Assembly: GCA_038243445.1 (NCBI GenBank)
Contig: JBBSRB010000001.1
Span: forward strand, 9,949 to 73,948
Direction: 5' to 3'
DNA: 64,000 nucleotides
Origin: Chitinophagales bacterium
Lineage (GTDB): Bacteria > Bacteroidota > Bacteroidia > Chitinophagales > Chitinophagaceae
Shown: piece after piece, positions 49,670 through 59,326 of the stretch
Numbering within the stretch: position 1 is the stretch's first letter
Layout of the letters: each line of letters begins with the position of its first letter
The notes under the pieces: generated by a model
What the model was told of the DNA's origin: nothing
Seen by the model: only the letters and a program-made list of their open reading frames with translations
Databases searched by the model: none
Translations under genes and position numbers: made by a program

Positions 49670-51187
49670 ATGAAGTTTTGGAAATTTTTTCTTTCAATTG
49701 GCTTTACACTTTTTTTAGGTAAATCGTTTGCACAAAAAATTGTGTATTCCGAGCCCGACCGGGACGAAACCCGTCGCATTAACTTTGAAGTAATTGGCAA
49801 AGTATCGGGCAATTATCTGATATATAAAAACACCCGAACCAAAAATTACATCGCCGTTTACGATAACGAAATGGTGGAACTGGCAAAAGAAAAGCACAAT
49901 TATTTGCCGGATGACCGCCTGATTAATGTAGATTTTTTTGCATACCCCGATCATGCTTTTATGATTTACCAGTACCAGCGCAGAAATGTAGTTTATTGCA
50001 ATGCTGTTAAAATAGATGGAATGGGGAAAAAGGTCTCAGATGTTATTCAGTTAGATACTACCCATATTGGTTTTACGGCCAGCAACAAAATTTACTCGGC
50101 GGTTAGCAGCGAAGACAAAGGCAAGATTATGATTTTTAAAATTAATGCCCGAAACCGCTCGCTTTTTTTAATAACTACCCTTTTATTTAATAACCACTTA
50201 ACGCTTGAAAAACGCAGCAGCGGCGCTATGCCCATGAAGGACCGCGACGATTACCTGGACGAGTTTGCGGTGGACAATGACGGCGACTTTGTATTTGCCC
50301 GCTTCAACCGCGGAAACAACAACAACATTGAACGAACCTTTTTAATATTGAAAGGCGCACAAACCGATTCGTTTGCCACAACCGAACTGACCATGGATAA
50401 GATTTGGCTTGATGAACCGCACCTTAAAGTAGATAATGTAAACAAACGCTATTTTCTTACCTCGTTTTATTACAAACAAAAAAGAGGCAATATAGACGGA
50501 TTTTATTTTTATGTGTGGGATAAAAAAACCGGTGCACCGGCAATGGAAAACACCGTGGTTTTAGGCGATGAATTGCGTAACGAAGCAAAAGGCGATGCAA
50601 GCACAAGAATGGCTTTTAACGATTATTTTATTAGAAACATAATTATAAAAAGAGATGGAGGTTTTATTATTGGCTCCGAAGCGTATTACACCACATCGCG
50701 CGGCGGCAATTGGAACCGCTGGAATTATATGTATGGCAGCCCGTTTTATTCGTACGATTATTTCTCGTTTTCGCCACTTTACAATAGCTGGTATTGGCGC
50801 AATCGTTACGGCAACCAGGTAAGCCGCCACCATGCCGATAACATTACTATTTTAGCTTTTGATAAAGTAGGCAAACTGGAGTGGAGCAATGTCATTCATA
50901 AAGAACAATTTGATGATGAAAGCGGTGATTATGTTTCGTATCAATTAATAAACACTGGCGAACAACTGCATTTTGTTTTTAACCAGGTAGAAAAAAGGCA
51001 GCAGTTGCTAACCGATTATACCATTGGTCCCGATGGAAAAATTAACCGAAATCCTACTTTAAGAAACCTCGATAAAGGTTACGAATTTTTACCCAAGTTT
51101 GGAAAGCAGGTAAGTGCCCGTCAGGTAATTATACCTTGTTACTACCGCAATTATGTTTGCTTTGCAAAAATCGATTTTAATTCATAG
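49670..51187 (+). CDS. Hypothetical secreted protein
   Basis: Long ORF with a signal peptide (..KSFA-QK); beta-rich; function not recognised. Confidence 0.7.
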   Translation: MKFWKFFLSIGFTLFLGKSFAQKIVYSEPDRDETRRINFEVIGKVSGNYLIYKNTRTKNYIAVYDNEMVELAKEKHNYLPDDRLINVDFFAYPDHAFMIYQYQRRNVVYCNAVKIDGMGKKVSDVIQLDTTHIGFTASNKIYSAVSSEDKGKIMIFKINARNRSLFLITTLLFNNHLTLEKRSSGAMPMKDRDDYLDEFAVDNDGDFVFARFNRGNNNNIERTFLILKGAQTDSFATTELTMDKIWLDEPHLKVDNVNKRYFLTSFYYKQKRGNIDGFYFYVWDKKTGAPAMENTVVLGDELRNEAKGDASTRMAFNDYFIRNIIIKRDGGFIIGSEAYYTTSRGGNWNRWNYMYGSPFYSYDYFSFSPLYNSWYWRNRYGNQVSRHHADNITILAFDKVGKLEWSNVIHKEQFDDESGDYVSYQLINTGEQLHFVFNQVEKRQQLLTDYTIGPDGKINRNPTLRNLDKGYEFLPKFGKQVSARQVIIPCYYRNYVCFAKIDFNS

Positions 51188-51196
51188 CATTGACGT

Positions 51197-52183
51197 GTGA
51201 TTGGTATATTTAAACAAAAAGCGCCAGGCAATGTGGCCCTGCTTGCAATTGTAGGTTTACTGCTTAAACTCCCTCTTTTTCTTTATCCATCCGCACCAGT
51301 AGCCGGGCCGCAGGAAGGCCTTTTTTATAAAGCCCTAGTTGGCTGGCTAAGCAGCGGCGGCTTTTCGTTTTTAGGCGGCGTGCTTTCTTTTTTTCTTTTA
51401 TATGTTCAGGCGCTCATTATTAACGGTATTGTAAACGAATACCGAATGACTACCCGGCACACGTTTTTGCCGGGGCTTTCTTATATGCTAATAACTTCCC
51501 TGCTGCCGCAATGGAGCGTACTATCGGCCGCGCTAATGGCAACAACGCTTATTTTATTGGCTTTCGCCCAGCTTTTTCAATTGTACAACAAGCCCTCTGC
51601 AAATACCAAAATATACAACATTGGTTTGCTACTAGGGCTGGCTTCCTTTTTTTATTTTCCTTCATTTTTATTTGGAGTGGCCATCATCAGCGGACTGCTC
51701 ATTTTACGTCCGTTTCGCCTAAATGAAATTTTTTTATTGCTTTCAGGCATTATTACCCCATTTTATTTTTACGCGGTTTACCTTTTTTTATATGATGGTT
51801 TAACGGTGGAACAACTTATTTCTACGCTTCACATTCACACACCTGGAACGAGGCATTCGCTTTGGATAGCAGGCAGTGCCCTGTTTTTAATTATACCTTT
51901 TTTGATAGGGGCGTATTACATACAAAGCAATTTATTAAAAATGCTGATTCAAGCCCGTAAAAACTGGAGCATTTTGTTATTGTGGCTCTTTTTTGGGCTG
52001 CTAATAGGTTTTGTCAATGGCGGCGGTTCGTTTACCAACTGGATTGTTGCCGTAGCGCCTTTTGCCGCTTTTCATGCCTGTGCGTATTTCTTTCCGCCCC
52101 GAAAGTGGGTTGCTTCTTTTCTGTTTTTTGCTATGGTTGCTTTTATCCTGGTGCAACAATATGTTACAAATGCCTGGCAGTAA
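51197..52183 (+). CDS. Polytopic membrane protein, DUF6427-like
   Basis: MIGIFKQK start (GTG), about 10 TM segments; typical Bacteroidota neighbour of purQ. Confidence 0.65.
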   Translation: MIGIFKQKAPGNVALLAIVGLLLKLPLFLYPSAPVAGPQEGLFYKALVGWLSSGGFSFLGGVLSFFLLYVQALIINGIVNEYRMTTRHTFLPGLSYMLITSLLPQWSVLSAALMATTLILLAFAQLFQLYNKPSANTKIYNIGLLLGLASFFYFPSFLFGVAIISGLLILRPFRLNEIFLLLSGIITPFYFYAVYLFLYDGLTVEQLISTLHIHTPGTRHSLWIAGSALFLIIPFLIGAYYIQSNLLKMLIQARKNWSILLLWLFFGLLIGFVNGGGSFTNWIVAVAPFAAFHACAYFFPPRKWVASFLFFAMVAFILVQQYVTNAWQ

Positions 52184-52206
52184 AAACAGCGAATAGCTTT
52201 GCAGAG

Positions 52207-52214
52207 TATCTTTG
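52207..52214 (+). promoter_or_regulatory. Bacteroidota -7 promoter element upstream of purQ
   Basis: TATCTTTG ends 18 nt before ATG 52233. Confidence 0.5.
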
Positions 52215-52232
52215 CCTTTCAATTTATTAGCT

Positions 52233-52916
52233 ATGAAATTTGGCGTAGTTGTTTTTCCCGGTTCTAATTGCGACAGAGATATACACGATGCGCTGGTGCA
52301 CGATTTAGGTCAGGAATGTGTTATGCTTTGGCATAAAGACAGCAATCTTTCGCTTTTTTCTACCAACGACTGCATTGTGCTGCCGGGTGGTTTTTCGTAT
52401 GGCGATTATTTGCGCACCGGAGCCATTGCCCGTTTTAGTCCCATTATGCAAAGCATTATTGAGTTTGCCAACAGGGGTGGAAAAGTGCTTGGCGTATGTA
52501 ATGGTTTTCAAATTTTATGCGAGTCGCACCTGCTGCCCGGCGCTCTTTTACGCAATAACAATCAGCAGTATGTGTGTAAAAATTTATTTATAAAAGATGA
52601 TGAGGACGAGGTTTATAAGATACCTATTGCGCATGGCGAAGGCCGCTATTATGCCGATGAAGTAACCTTAGACCAGTTGGAGCAAAGGGGTCAGGTGCTT
52701 TTTTATTATTGTAACGAAGAAGGGGCTGTAGTTGAATCAGCAAATCCAAACGGATCGGCACGCAATATTGCCGGCATTTGCAACCAAAGCCGCACCGTTT
52801 TTGGCATGATGCCGCACCCTGAAAGAGCGTGCTCGGCAGCATTGGGCAATACCGATGGACGGAAAGTATTTTATAAATTGTTTGCCAATATTTTATACTC
52901 CGAGCCCGTAGCATAA
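52233..52916 (+). CDS. purQ: Phosphoribosylformylglycinamidine synthase subunit PurQ
   Basis: MKFGVVVFPGSNCD, PGGFSYGDYLR, GVCNGFQIL, GMMPHPER. Confidence 0.97.
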   Translation: MKFGVVVFPGSNCDRDIHDALVHDLGQECVMLWHKDSNLSLFSTNDCIVLPGGFSYGDYLRTGAIARFSPIMQSIIEFANRGGKVLGVCNGFQILCESHLLPGALLRNNNQQYVCKNLFIKDDEDEVYKIPIAHGEGRYYADEVTLDQLEQRGQVLFYYCNEEGAVVESANPNGSARNIAGICNQSRTVFGMMPHPERACSAALGNTDGRKVFYKLFANILYSEPVA

Positions 52917-52981
52917 AGCGGCTATTTTAACACGGCGGTTGCCTTTTAGTTCAGACCTTTGCGCTAGAAAATAAACACCGT

Positions 52982-53428
52982 ATGAAAAAGCTATTATTTA
53001 TTGTATCTCTCTTTTTAATAGGAAATGCTGTAGTGGCGCAAAGCCCGGTTTCGTGGTTGTTTAGCAGTAAAAAAATCAGCGATAAAGTATATGAAGTTCA
53101 GATGACGGCTACGATGCAGCCTGGCTGGCATTTATATGCTCAGGCTCAGCCGAAAGACGCTATTGCCATGCCCACAACATTTCAATTTAACGGTAACCCC
53201 CTTTTAATTTTAGATGGCGCCGTTAAAGAAGTTGGAAAGCTGGAGAAATTTAAAGACGAAATGCTGGATATAACCGCTAATCAATACAGCAATAAAGTAG
53301 TGTTTACGCAGCGTGTAAAGTTAAAAACAAACGCTAAAACAGCAGTTGTTGGAAAACTGGAATATCAAACCTGCGATGATAAAAAATGCCTGCCGCCAAA
53401 AACGGTACCTTTTTCCATTGCTTTATAA
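52982..53428 (+). CDS. DsbD N-terminal domain protein (secreted)
   Basis: Signal peptide; GWHLYA; QTCDDKKCLPP with the Cys pair. Confidence 0.85.
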   Translation: MKKLLFIVSLFLIGNAVVAQSPVSWLFSSKKISDKVYEVQMTATMQPGWHLYAQAQPKDAIAMPTTFQFNGNPLLILDGAVKEVGKLEKFKDEMLDITANQYSNKVVFTQRVKLKTNAKTAVVGKLEYQTCDDKKCLPPKTVPFSIAL

Positions 53429-53457
53429 TAAACTTTTTTAATGTCTTTTTTTTAAAT

Positions 53458-53483
53458 CGGACTCTGAAATGAGTCCGTTTTTT
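53458..53483 (+). terminator. Intrinsic terminator
   Basis: CGGACTC-tgaaat-GAGTCCG followed by TTTTTT. Confidence 0.8.
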
Positions 53484-53855
53484 GTTGAAAATAGTAAAGC
53501 TACAAGCCCCTTTTTTAAGAATTGGCTTAAACGATAATGCAAAGATGTTTCTTTTCTTTGCAGACGGTTAAGTAAAATAAAAACCCCTTGAAAAGGGTAG
53601 TAGCAGGTAAAATTTAAGGCCGAGGCTTACCATTAAACGTTCTTCTTTCAACTCGAAAAATTAACGCTGCTAATCTATTTAATATAGAACTGGTGCAGCT
53701 TAAAAAAGAACCTTTTTCAAGGGTTTTCATCGGCAAAACAGTGCATCAAATATAAAAGTTATTCTAAACCTTAAAAAAGGCATACCTCACTGTTGATGAA
53801 AGCCTTTTTTAAGAATTTTTGTCAAAGCCGATAAAAGTGTATCGCCGTAAAACAA

Positions 53856-54131
53856 TTAAGCTGCCGGATGACCAAAATCTCTTCTTCGTTCTTCCAATAC
53901 AGGCTTTGCTTTCATTTCAATAGCATAGCCAATATCATCCGAAAGTGAATCTACATTTGTATCCCCGATCCAATGCCGTCCTTCCTTATGCAATGTAATA
54001 CGTTGGGGCGGTGTATTGTCGGGGCTGCCTTTATATTGCGAAAGGTTTGCGGTACACAAACCATTGTTTCCTATTTGTACATCGTAGTGCGCTAAAGCAC
54101 TGTCATACAACACAACTGCGGTTACCTCCAT
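53856..54131 (-). CDS. Small hypothetical protein (91 aa)
   Basis: ATG-initiated ORF in an otherwise empty region with protein-like composition. Confidence 0.55.
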   Translation of the reverse strand: MEVTAVVLYDSALAHYDVQIGNNGLCTANLSQYKGSPDNTPPQRITLHKEGRHWIGDTNVDSLSDDIGYAIEMKAKPVLEERRRDFGHPAA

Positions 54132-54314
54132 TATTACTTGTATTAATTAAACATGGTTAGTTCAAAGATGGTGCCCTTTACAGAAAGACATAAACTCAGG
54201 TTTAAGTGCTTTACGTATGAAAGCAAAGCTCTTAAATGTAGAAATTGCGAAACACTTGGAGGAGCGCAATGGAAACAGAGTGGCAAAAGGTGCACAACGG
54301 AACCGCAGAAAAAT

Positions 54315-54342
54315 AAAAAACCCGGATTAAAGTGTCCGGGTT
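54315..54342 (-). terminator. Intrinsic terminator downstream of the ECF sigma gene and the candidate RNA
   Basis: AACCCGGA-N8-TCCGGGTT with an A6 run on + (U tract on -). Confidence 0.8.
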
Positions 54343-54349
54343 AATTAGG

Positions 54350-54411
54350 CGTCATTCTTAACCAGCCGCTCGCGGCAAGCAAACAAAGTGCGGTTGGAGG
54401 CTAAGAATGAC
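54350..54411. other. Long stem-loop element (candidate small RNA or REP-like dimer)
   Basis: GTCATTCTTAACC (54351-63) pairs with GGCTAAGAATGAC (54399-411) at 12/13; inner AGCCGC/GCGGTT stem. Confidence 0.5.
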
Positions 54412-54451
54412 AAAGAGTTGGCGAAAACCGCAAGAGCGAAGATACATCAAT

Positions 54452-55033
54452 TCAAAGTGCAATTTGTTTTTGAAGCATCATCTTGCGCAAGTTAATCAAG
54501 CCATAACGCATACGCCCCAAAGCGGTATTAATGCTACAACCCGTAATGGTGGCTATTTCTTTAAAACTCATATCGGCATAATGACGTAAAATAATCACTT
54601 CACGCTGGTCCTCGGGCAAAAGGTCAAGCATCTCTTTTACCCTATCGTGACTTTGCTTTTTGATCATTTTATCTTCGGCACTTTCTTCGGTAAAGTTCAG
54701 CACCTCAAAAATATCCTGGTCATCGCCGGTTTTAATGGTCGGCGTACGTTTTACTTTTCTAAAATGATCTACACAAAGGTTGTGTGCAATGCGCATAGCC
54801 CAAGGCAAAAACTTACCTTCTTCGGTATAGCGGCCGCTTCGGGTAGTGTCTATTACGCGGATGAATACATCTTGAAAAATGTCTTCGGCAAGGTACTTAT
54901 CCTTAACCAAAAACAAAATAGACGTATATAACTTGTCTTTATGACGCAATACAAGAGCTTCCAAAGCGTTAGTATTGCCGGCAACAAAAGACTGAATTAA
55001 CTCGTGATCGGTAAGTTTAGATAGTATGGACAT
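54452..55033 (-). CDS. ECF-type sigma-70 RNA polymerase sigma factor
   Basis: AEDIFQDVF (region 2), LPEDQREVIILRHYADMSFKEIA...INTALGRMRY (region 4). Confidence 0.93.
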   Translation of the reverse strand: MSILSKLTDHELIQSFVAGNTNALEALVLRHKDKLYTSILFLVKDKYLAEDIFQDVFIRVIDTTRSGRYTEEGKFLPWAMRIAHNLCVDHFRKVKRTPTIKTGDDQDIFEVLNFTEESAEDKMIKKQSHDRVKEMLDLLPEDQREVIILRHYADMSFKEIATITGCSINTALGRMRYGLINLRKMMLQKQIAL

Positions 55034-55279
55034 AAAATACTCCTACAGGGTTTAGATATTAGAGGAAAAACGGGGTAAAAATTTGGAGTAGAAGTTTATG
55101 CAATAGGCTGTTTGTACTTTACGGTTTTTTCTAAATTAGAAGAGATTTGTATTCCAAAAGTACCTCTATATTTTATAAATGCAAGCATCCAAAAAAAAAT
55201 ATTGCCCCTTTTCTGTGAAAGCGGCGTTAATGAATTGTTTGCTAAAAGGGTTAGTAAGCTACCTTTGCCCAATAGTATT

Positions 55280-58135
55280 ATGAAGGAAGCAGTCGAAAAG
55301 AAAAGTACACAGAAGAAAAAATTAGTAGCGGATCCAATAGTTATAAAAGGAGCACGGGTTCACAATTTAAAAAACGTTGATGTTTCCTTTCCCCGAAACA
55401 GCTTAATTGTCGTTACCGGCGTATCGGGTTCCGGTAAATCATCGCTTACTATTGATACGCTTTATGCCGAAGGGCAGCGCCGCTATGCAGAAAGTTTAAG
55501 TGCTTACGTGCGACAGTTTTTAAACCGCATGGATAAGCCCGATGTTGATTACATAAAAGGACTTTCACCTGCCATTGCCATTGAACAAAAAGTAATTACC
55601 CGCACCCCGCGCAGCACCGTTGGCAGCATGACGGAAATATACGATTACCTGCGCCTGCTGTTTGCCCGCATTGGTCAAACCATTTCCCCTATTTCGGGCC
55701 GAACAGTAAAAAAAGATGATGTAAAAGAGGTGCTGGATGCTATTAAGGCAATGAAAGTAGGAACCAAAGTTTTTATTTTGGCTGCCTTTAAGCAACACCG
55801 CTATCGAAATGTAAAAGAAGAATTGAACATTTTAATGCAAAAAGGTTTTTCGCGTATTTATGTATCGGCGCTTTCCCGTACCCAAAATAAAAAACAACCT
55901 GAAAGTGGCACCACTTATCGTATAGAAGATTTGATGGAATCGGAGGAAGAATTGAACTTGGCGTTTATTAATCCCCAAAATGTATTTGTATTAATTGATC
56001 GTATAGTAGCAAAAGAATTGGATGAAGATGATTTGCACCGCCTCGGCGATTCCATCGGCACAGCTTTTTACGAAGGCGAAGGCGATGTGTTTGTAGAAGC
56101 AGATGGCGAAAACTTATTGGGCTTTAATAATCGTTTTGAGCTGGATGGAATTCAGTTTGAAGAACCAAGTCCCAACCTGTTTTCGTTTAACAATCCTTTT
56201 GGCGCCTGCCCTGTTTGCGAGGGTTTTTCAATGGTTTTAGGTATAGACGAAGACCTTGTAATACCCAATAAATTGCTTAGCGTTTACGAAGGCGCCGTAG
56301 CACCGTGGAAAGGCGAAAAGCTGGGTCAGTGGAAAGAAAGGTTTGTAAAAGCGGCCCGTCATTCCCACTTTCCGGTGCATACGCCCATTGCCGATTTAAC
56401 GCCCGAACAATACAACACTCTTTGGAAGGGCAACGAAACCCTGGACGGCATTGATGCCTTTTTTAAAGAGGTAGAACAAAACTTATATAAAGTTCAATAC
56501 CGTGTTTTACTTAGCCGGTTTCGGGGCAAAACAAAGTGCCCCGAGTGCGACGGTACCCGCCTGCGCAAAGAAGCGTTGTATGTAAAAATTCAAGGCAAAC
56601 ACATTGGCGAATTAAGCAGCCTGCCGGTGAAAGATTTGAAAGTTTGGTTTGATGAAGCGGTAAAAAAATTTTCAGAATTTGAGCAAACCGTAGCCAAACG
56701 AATTCAGATAGAAATTACACACCGGATAGATACGCTGTTGAAAGTAGGTCTTGGTTACTTATCGTTAAACCGGCTGGCAAATACATTAAGCGGCGGCGAA
56801 AGTCAGCGCATACAATTAACCCGCAGTTTAGGTAGCAACTTAACCAATTCCTTATATATTTTAGATGAACCGTCTATTGGTTTACACTCCCGCGATACCG
56901 CAAACCTGATTAGGGTTTTAAAAGAGTTGCGCGATTTGGGAAATATTGTTGTTGTTGTGGAGCACGATGAAATGATGATGCGCGAAGCGGATTATATTAT
57001 TGATATGGGTCCGCTGGCAGCGCACCTCGGCGGCGAAGTAGTGGCTACCGGTAATTACACCGAATTAATAGCCAACCCTAAGAGCTTAACTGGTAAATAT
57101 CTAAAAGGCGAATTAAGTATCGATCCGCCAAAAGAGGTGCGCAAATGGACTTCTTCCATTGTTGTTGAAGGCGCCCGTCATCATAATTTAAAAGGACTTG
57201 ACGTTCAATTTCCGCTAAACGTTTTGTGCGTTGTAAGTGGTGTTAGCGGCAGCGGAAAAACAACTTTAATCAAGCATATTTTATATCCTGCTTTGCAAAA
57301 ACTCAAAGGCGAAGCCGGCGATAAAACAGGCTTGCACAAAGTTCTTTCAGGCGATACAGAAGCTATTTCTTCGGTAGAAATGGTCGATCAAAATCCAATT
57401 GGCAAATCATCGCGAAGCAACCCGGTAACCTATGTGCAGGCATGGAACGGCGTGCGCGATTTATATGCGGCGCAGCCCCTAAGTAAGATTCGTGGTTTTG
57501 CCGCAAAACATTTTTCGTTTAATGTAGATGGCGGCCGTTGCGATGCCTGCAAAGGCGAAGGTGAAAAAGTAGTGGAAATGCAGTTTTTGGCCGATGTGCA
57601 CCTTACCTGCGAAGTTTGCGGCGGCAAAAAGTTTAAAGAAGAAGTGTTGGAAGTTCAGTTTAAAGGCAAAAGTGTTTTTGATGTGTTGGAAATGAGTGTT
57701 GACGAAGCAGTTGCTTTTTTTGAAGGGGAAAAAAGCATTGTGTCGGCTATAAAACCCTTAAGCGATGTAGGTTTGGGTTATGTAAAACTGGGGCAATCGT
57801 CCGACACGCTTTCGGGCGGCGAAGCGCAACGCGTAAAGCTGGCCACGTTTCTGGGCAAAGGAAAAGCCGCCGGTAAAGTGTTGTTTATTTTTGATGAACC
57901 AACTACCGGGCTTCACTTTCACGATATAAAAAAACTGCTGCTTTCGTTTAATGCGTTAATAGATGGGGGACATTCTATTTTAGTTATTGAACACAATACC
58001 GATGTTATAAAAAGTGCCGACTGGGTAATTGATTTGGGCCCTGAAGCAGGCGCCGATGGTGGTTATTTGGTTTATGCCGGAGAACCATCAGGGTTAAAAA
58101 AGAAGAAAGAAAGCCATACTGGTGAATATTTGTAA
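55280..58135 (+). CDS. uvrA: Excinuclease ABC subunit A
   Basis: GARVHNLKNV, two Walker A motifs GVSGSGKS/T, LSGGESQR and LSGGEAQR, Zn fingers. ATG 55280 is preferred over the track start at 55112. Confidence 0.96.
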   Translation: MKEAVEKKSTQKKKLVADPIVIKGARVHNLKNVDVSFPRNSLIVVTGVSGSGKSSLTIDTLYAEGQRRYAESLSAYVRQFLNRMDKPDVDYIKGLSPAIAIEQKVITRTPRSTVGSMTEIYDYLRLLFARIGQTISPISGRTVKKDDVKEVLDAIKAMKVGTKVFILAAFKQHRYRNVKEELNILMQKGFSRIYVSALSRTQNKKQPESGTTYRIEDLMESEEELNLAFINPQNVFVLIDRIVAKELDEDDLHRLGDSIGTAFYEGEGDVFVEADGENLLGFNNRFELDGIQFEEPSPNLFSFNNPFGACPVCEGFSMVLGIDEDLVIPNKLLSVYEGAVAPWKGEKLGQWKERFVKAARHSHFPVHTPIADLTPEQYNTLWKGNETLDGIDAFFKEVEQNLYKVQYRVLLSRFRGKTKCPECDGTRLRKEALYVKIQGKHIGELSSLPVKDLKVWFDEAVKKFSEFEQTVAKRIQIEITHRIDTLLKVGLGYLSLNRLANTLSGGESQRIQLTRSLGSNLTNSLYILDEPSIGLHSRDTANLIRVLKELRDLGNIVVVVEHDEMMMREADYIIDMGPLAAHLGGEVVATGNYTELIANPKSLTGKYLKGELSIDPPKEVRKWTSSIVVEGARHHNLKGLDVQFPLNVLCVVSGVSGSGKTTLIKHILYPALQKLKGEAGDKTGLHKVLSGDTEAISSVEMVDQNPIGKSSRSNPVTYVQAWNGVRDLYAAQPLSKIRGFAAKHFSFNVDGGRCDACKGEGEKVVEMQFLADVHLTCEVCGGKKFKEEVLEVQFKGKSVFDVLEMSVDEAVAFFEGEKSIVSAIKPLSDVGLGYVKLGQSSDTLSGGEAQRVKLATFLGKGKAAGKVLFIFDEPTTGLHFHDIKKLLLSFNALIDGGHSILVIEHNTDVIKSADWVIDLGPEAGADGGYLVYAGEPSGLKKKKESHTGEYL

Positions 58136-58155
58136 AACAGGCAAAAAAGGGACTT

Positions 58156-59085
58156 TCACAAAATCAGATACGGCGAAATCTTTTCAAAAATGGTTTCATC
58201 AATTAGTACAATGTTTTTTATTTCATCTACGCTTTTGTAAGCACCGTGCTGGTTTCGGTATTCCACAATAGCATTGGCTAAATTCCATCTAATATACGGA
58301 TGCACTTTTAATTCATCTTTTGTAGCGGTATTAATATTCAGCTTTTTAATTGCAGAGGCATTAACCTGTAAAAAAGGTTTAATCTTTTGAAAGGTAGAAT
58401 CAGGTAATCCATACGTTTCCTTAATTTGAGTTACCGAATAAAAGCCACCTAACTTTTCGCGGAAGGTGATAATGCGGGCTGCCAGTTTGCTGCCAATTCC
58501 AGGCAAGGCAATAAAAGCCGAAGTATCTGCGCTGTTTACATCGGCAATGGAAAAGTTTCGTTCCTTTTTTTCGTACGGAGCTGGTGAAGCGTACCCCTTT
58601 TTAAAGGGTTTTAGGCTGCTTTCAAGTTGAATATAATCTGCTACCCGATCATAAAAACCTTGCGGTAAGCCCCAAATCTTTTTTAGGTCTTCCGGCTTAT
58701 AAAACTTCCCACCCTTGTTTCGATAGTTTACAATTGTTTTTGCCGTTCTGCTGCTTAAACCCAGTCGTTGCCATCCTTCAGCCGGCAATATATTTGGGTC
58801 AAAAGCAAAAAGTTCTCCTTTGGTAAAATCTTTCCGTTCAGAAACTTCGTATTGAAATCCATCCTGACCTCTTGCTTCGGAGTATTTTACCCCTTTTTCA
58901 TACCTTTTTAAAAGGGTATCGGTTGCTTCTTCCAAAACAGAGTTGGCAACAATTGGCGCGGAAGAAGGCGGAAACAACTTTGGACTAAAAACAATAAAAG
59001 CTACAATGGCCACCACGGCAAGACCACCAATCCGGTCTTTTTTGCTGAAGTGCAAATAATCTTCGTAAAGGTTTTTCCAACTCAT
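58156..59085 (-). CDS. Membrane-anchored helix-hairpin-helix DNA-binding protein, ComEA-like
   Basis: N-terminal TM; three HhH-pair units (FDPN..., LPGIGSKLA..., LNINTAT..EL..HPYI). Confidence 0.85.
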   Translation of the reverse strand: MSWKNLYEDYLHFSKKDRIGGLAVVAIVAFIVFSPKLFPPSSAPIVANSVLEEATDTLLKRYEKGVKYSEARGQDGFQYEVSERKDFTKGELFAFDPNILPAEGWQRLGLSSRTAKTIVNYRNKGGKFYKPEDLKKIWGLPQGFYDRVADYIQLESSLKPFKKGYASPAPYEKKERNFSIADVNSADTSAFIALPGIGSKLAARIITFREKLGGFYSVTQIKETYGLPDSTFQKIKPFLQVNASAIKKLNINTATKDELKVHPYIRWNLANAIVEYRNQHGAYKSVDEIKNIVLIDETIFEKISPYLIL

Positions 59086-59155
59086 GTCTGTTTTTAATTA
59101 TATCTCAAAATAATCAAAAATCTTTATGGCGTACTATTTGATGAACGTAAATTTC

Positions 59156-59185
59156 TTGTTTGTGTAGGTTAATTGCTTACTTTTG
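59156..59185 (+). promoter_or_regulatory. Bacteroidota sigma70 promoter for rpoBC
   Basis: TTG (59156-58), a 19-nt spacer, then TACTTTTG (59178-85). Confidence 0.55.
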
Positions 59186-59326
59186 CAATCCTTAAGTTTT
59201 GGCCAAAAACATTTTGACGTCGCAAATTCATGCTAAATAATTGATTATCATTGCTTTTTTCGTTTTTCGAAAGAGGCAGGAAAATCTATTTGCCACGTCT
59301 GACACATTAAAACCGGTTTTTTTCAT

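Noticed and set aside
54344-54446. Small peptides in the sigma-terminator gap (MYLRSCG... or ...FLASNRTLFACRERLVKNDA)
   Set aside because: No support beyond short open frames; the stem-loop explains the sequence better.
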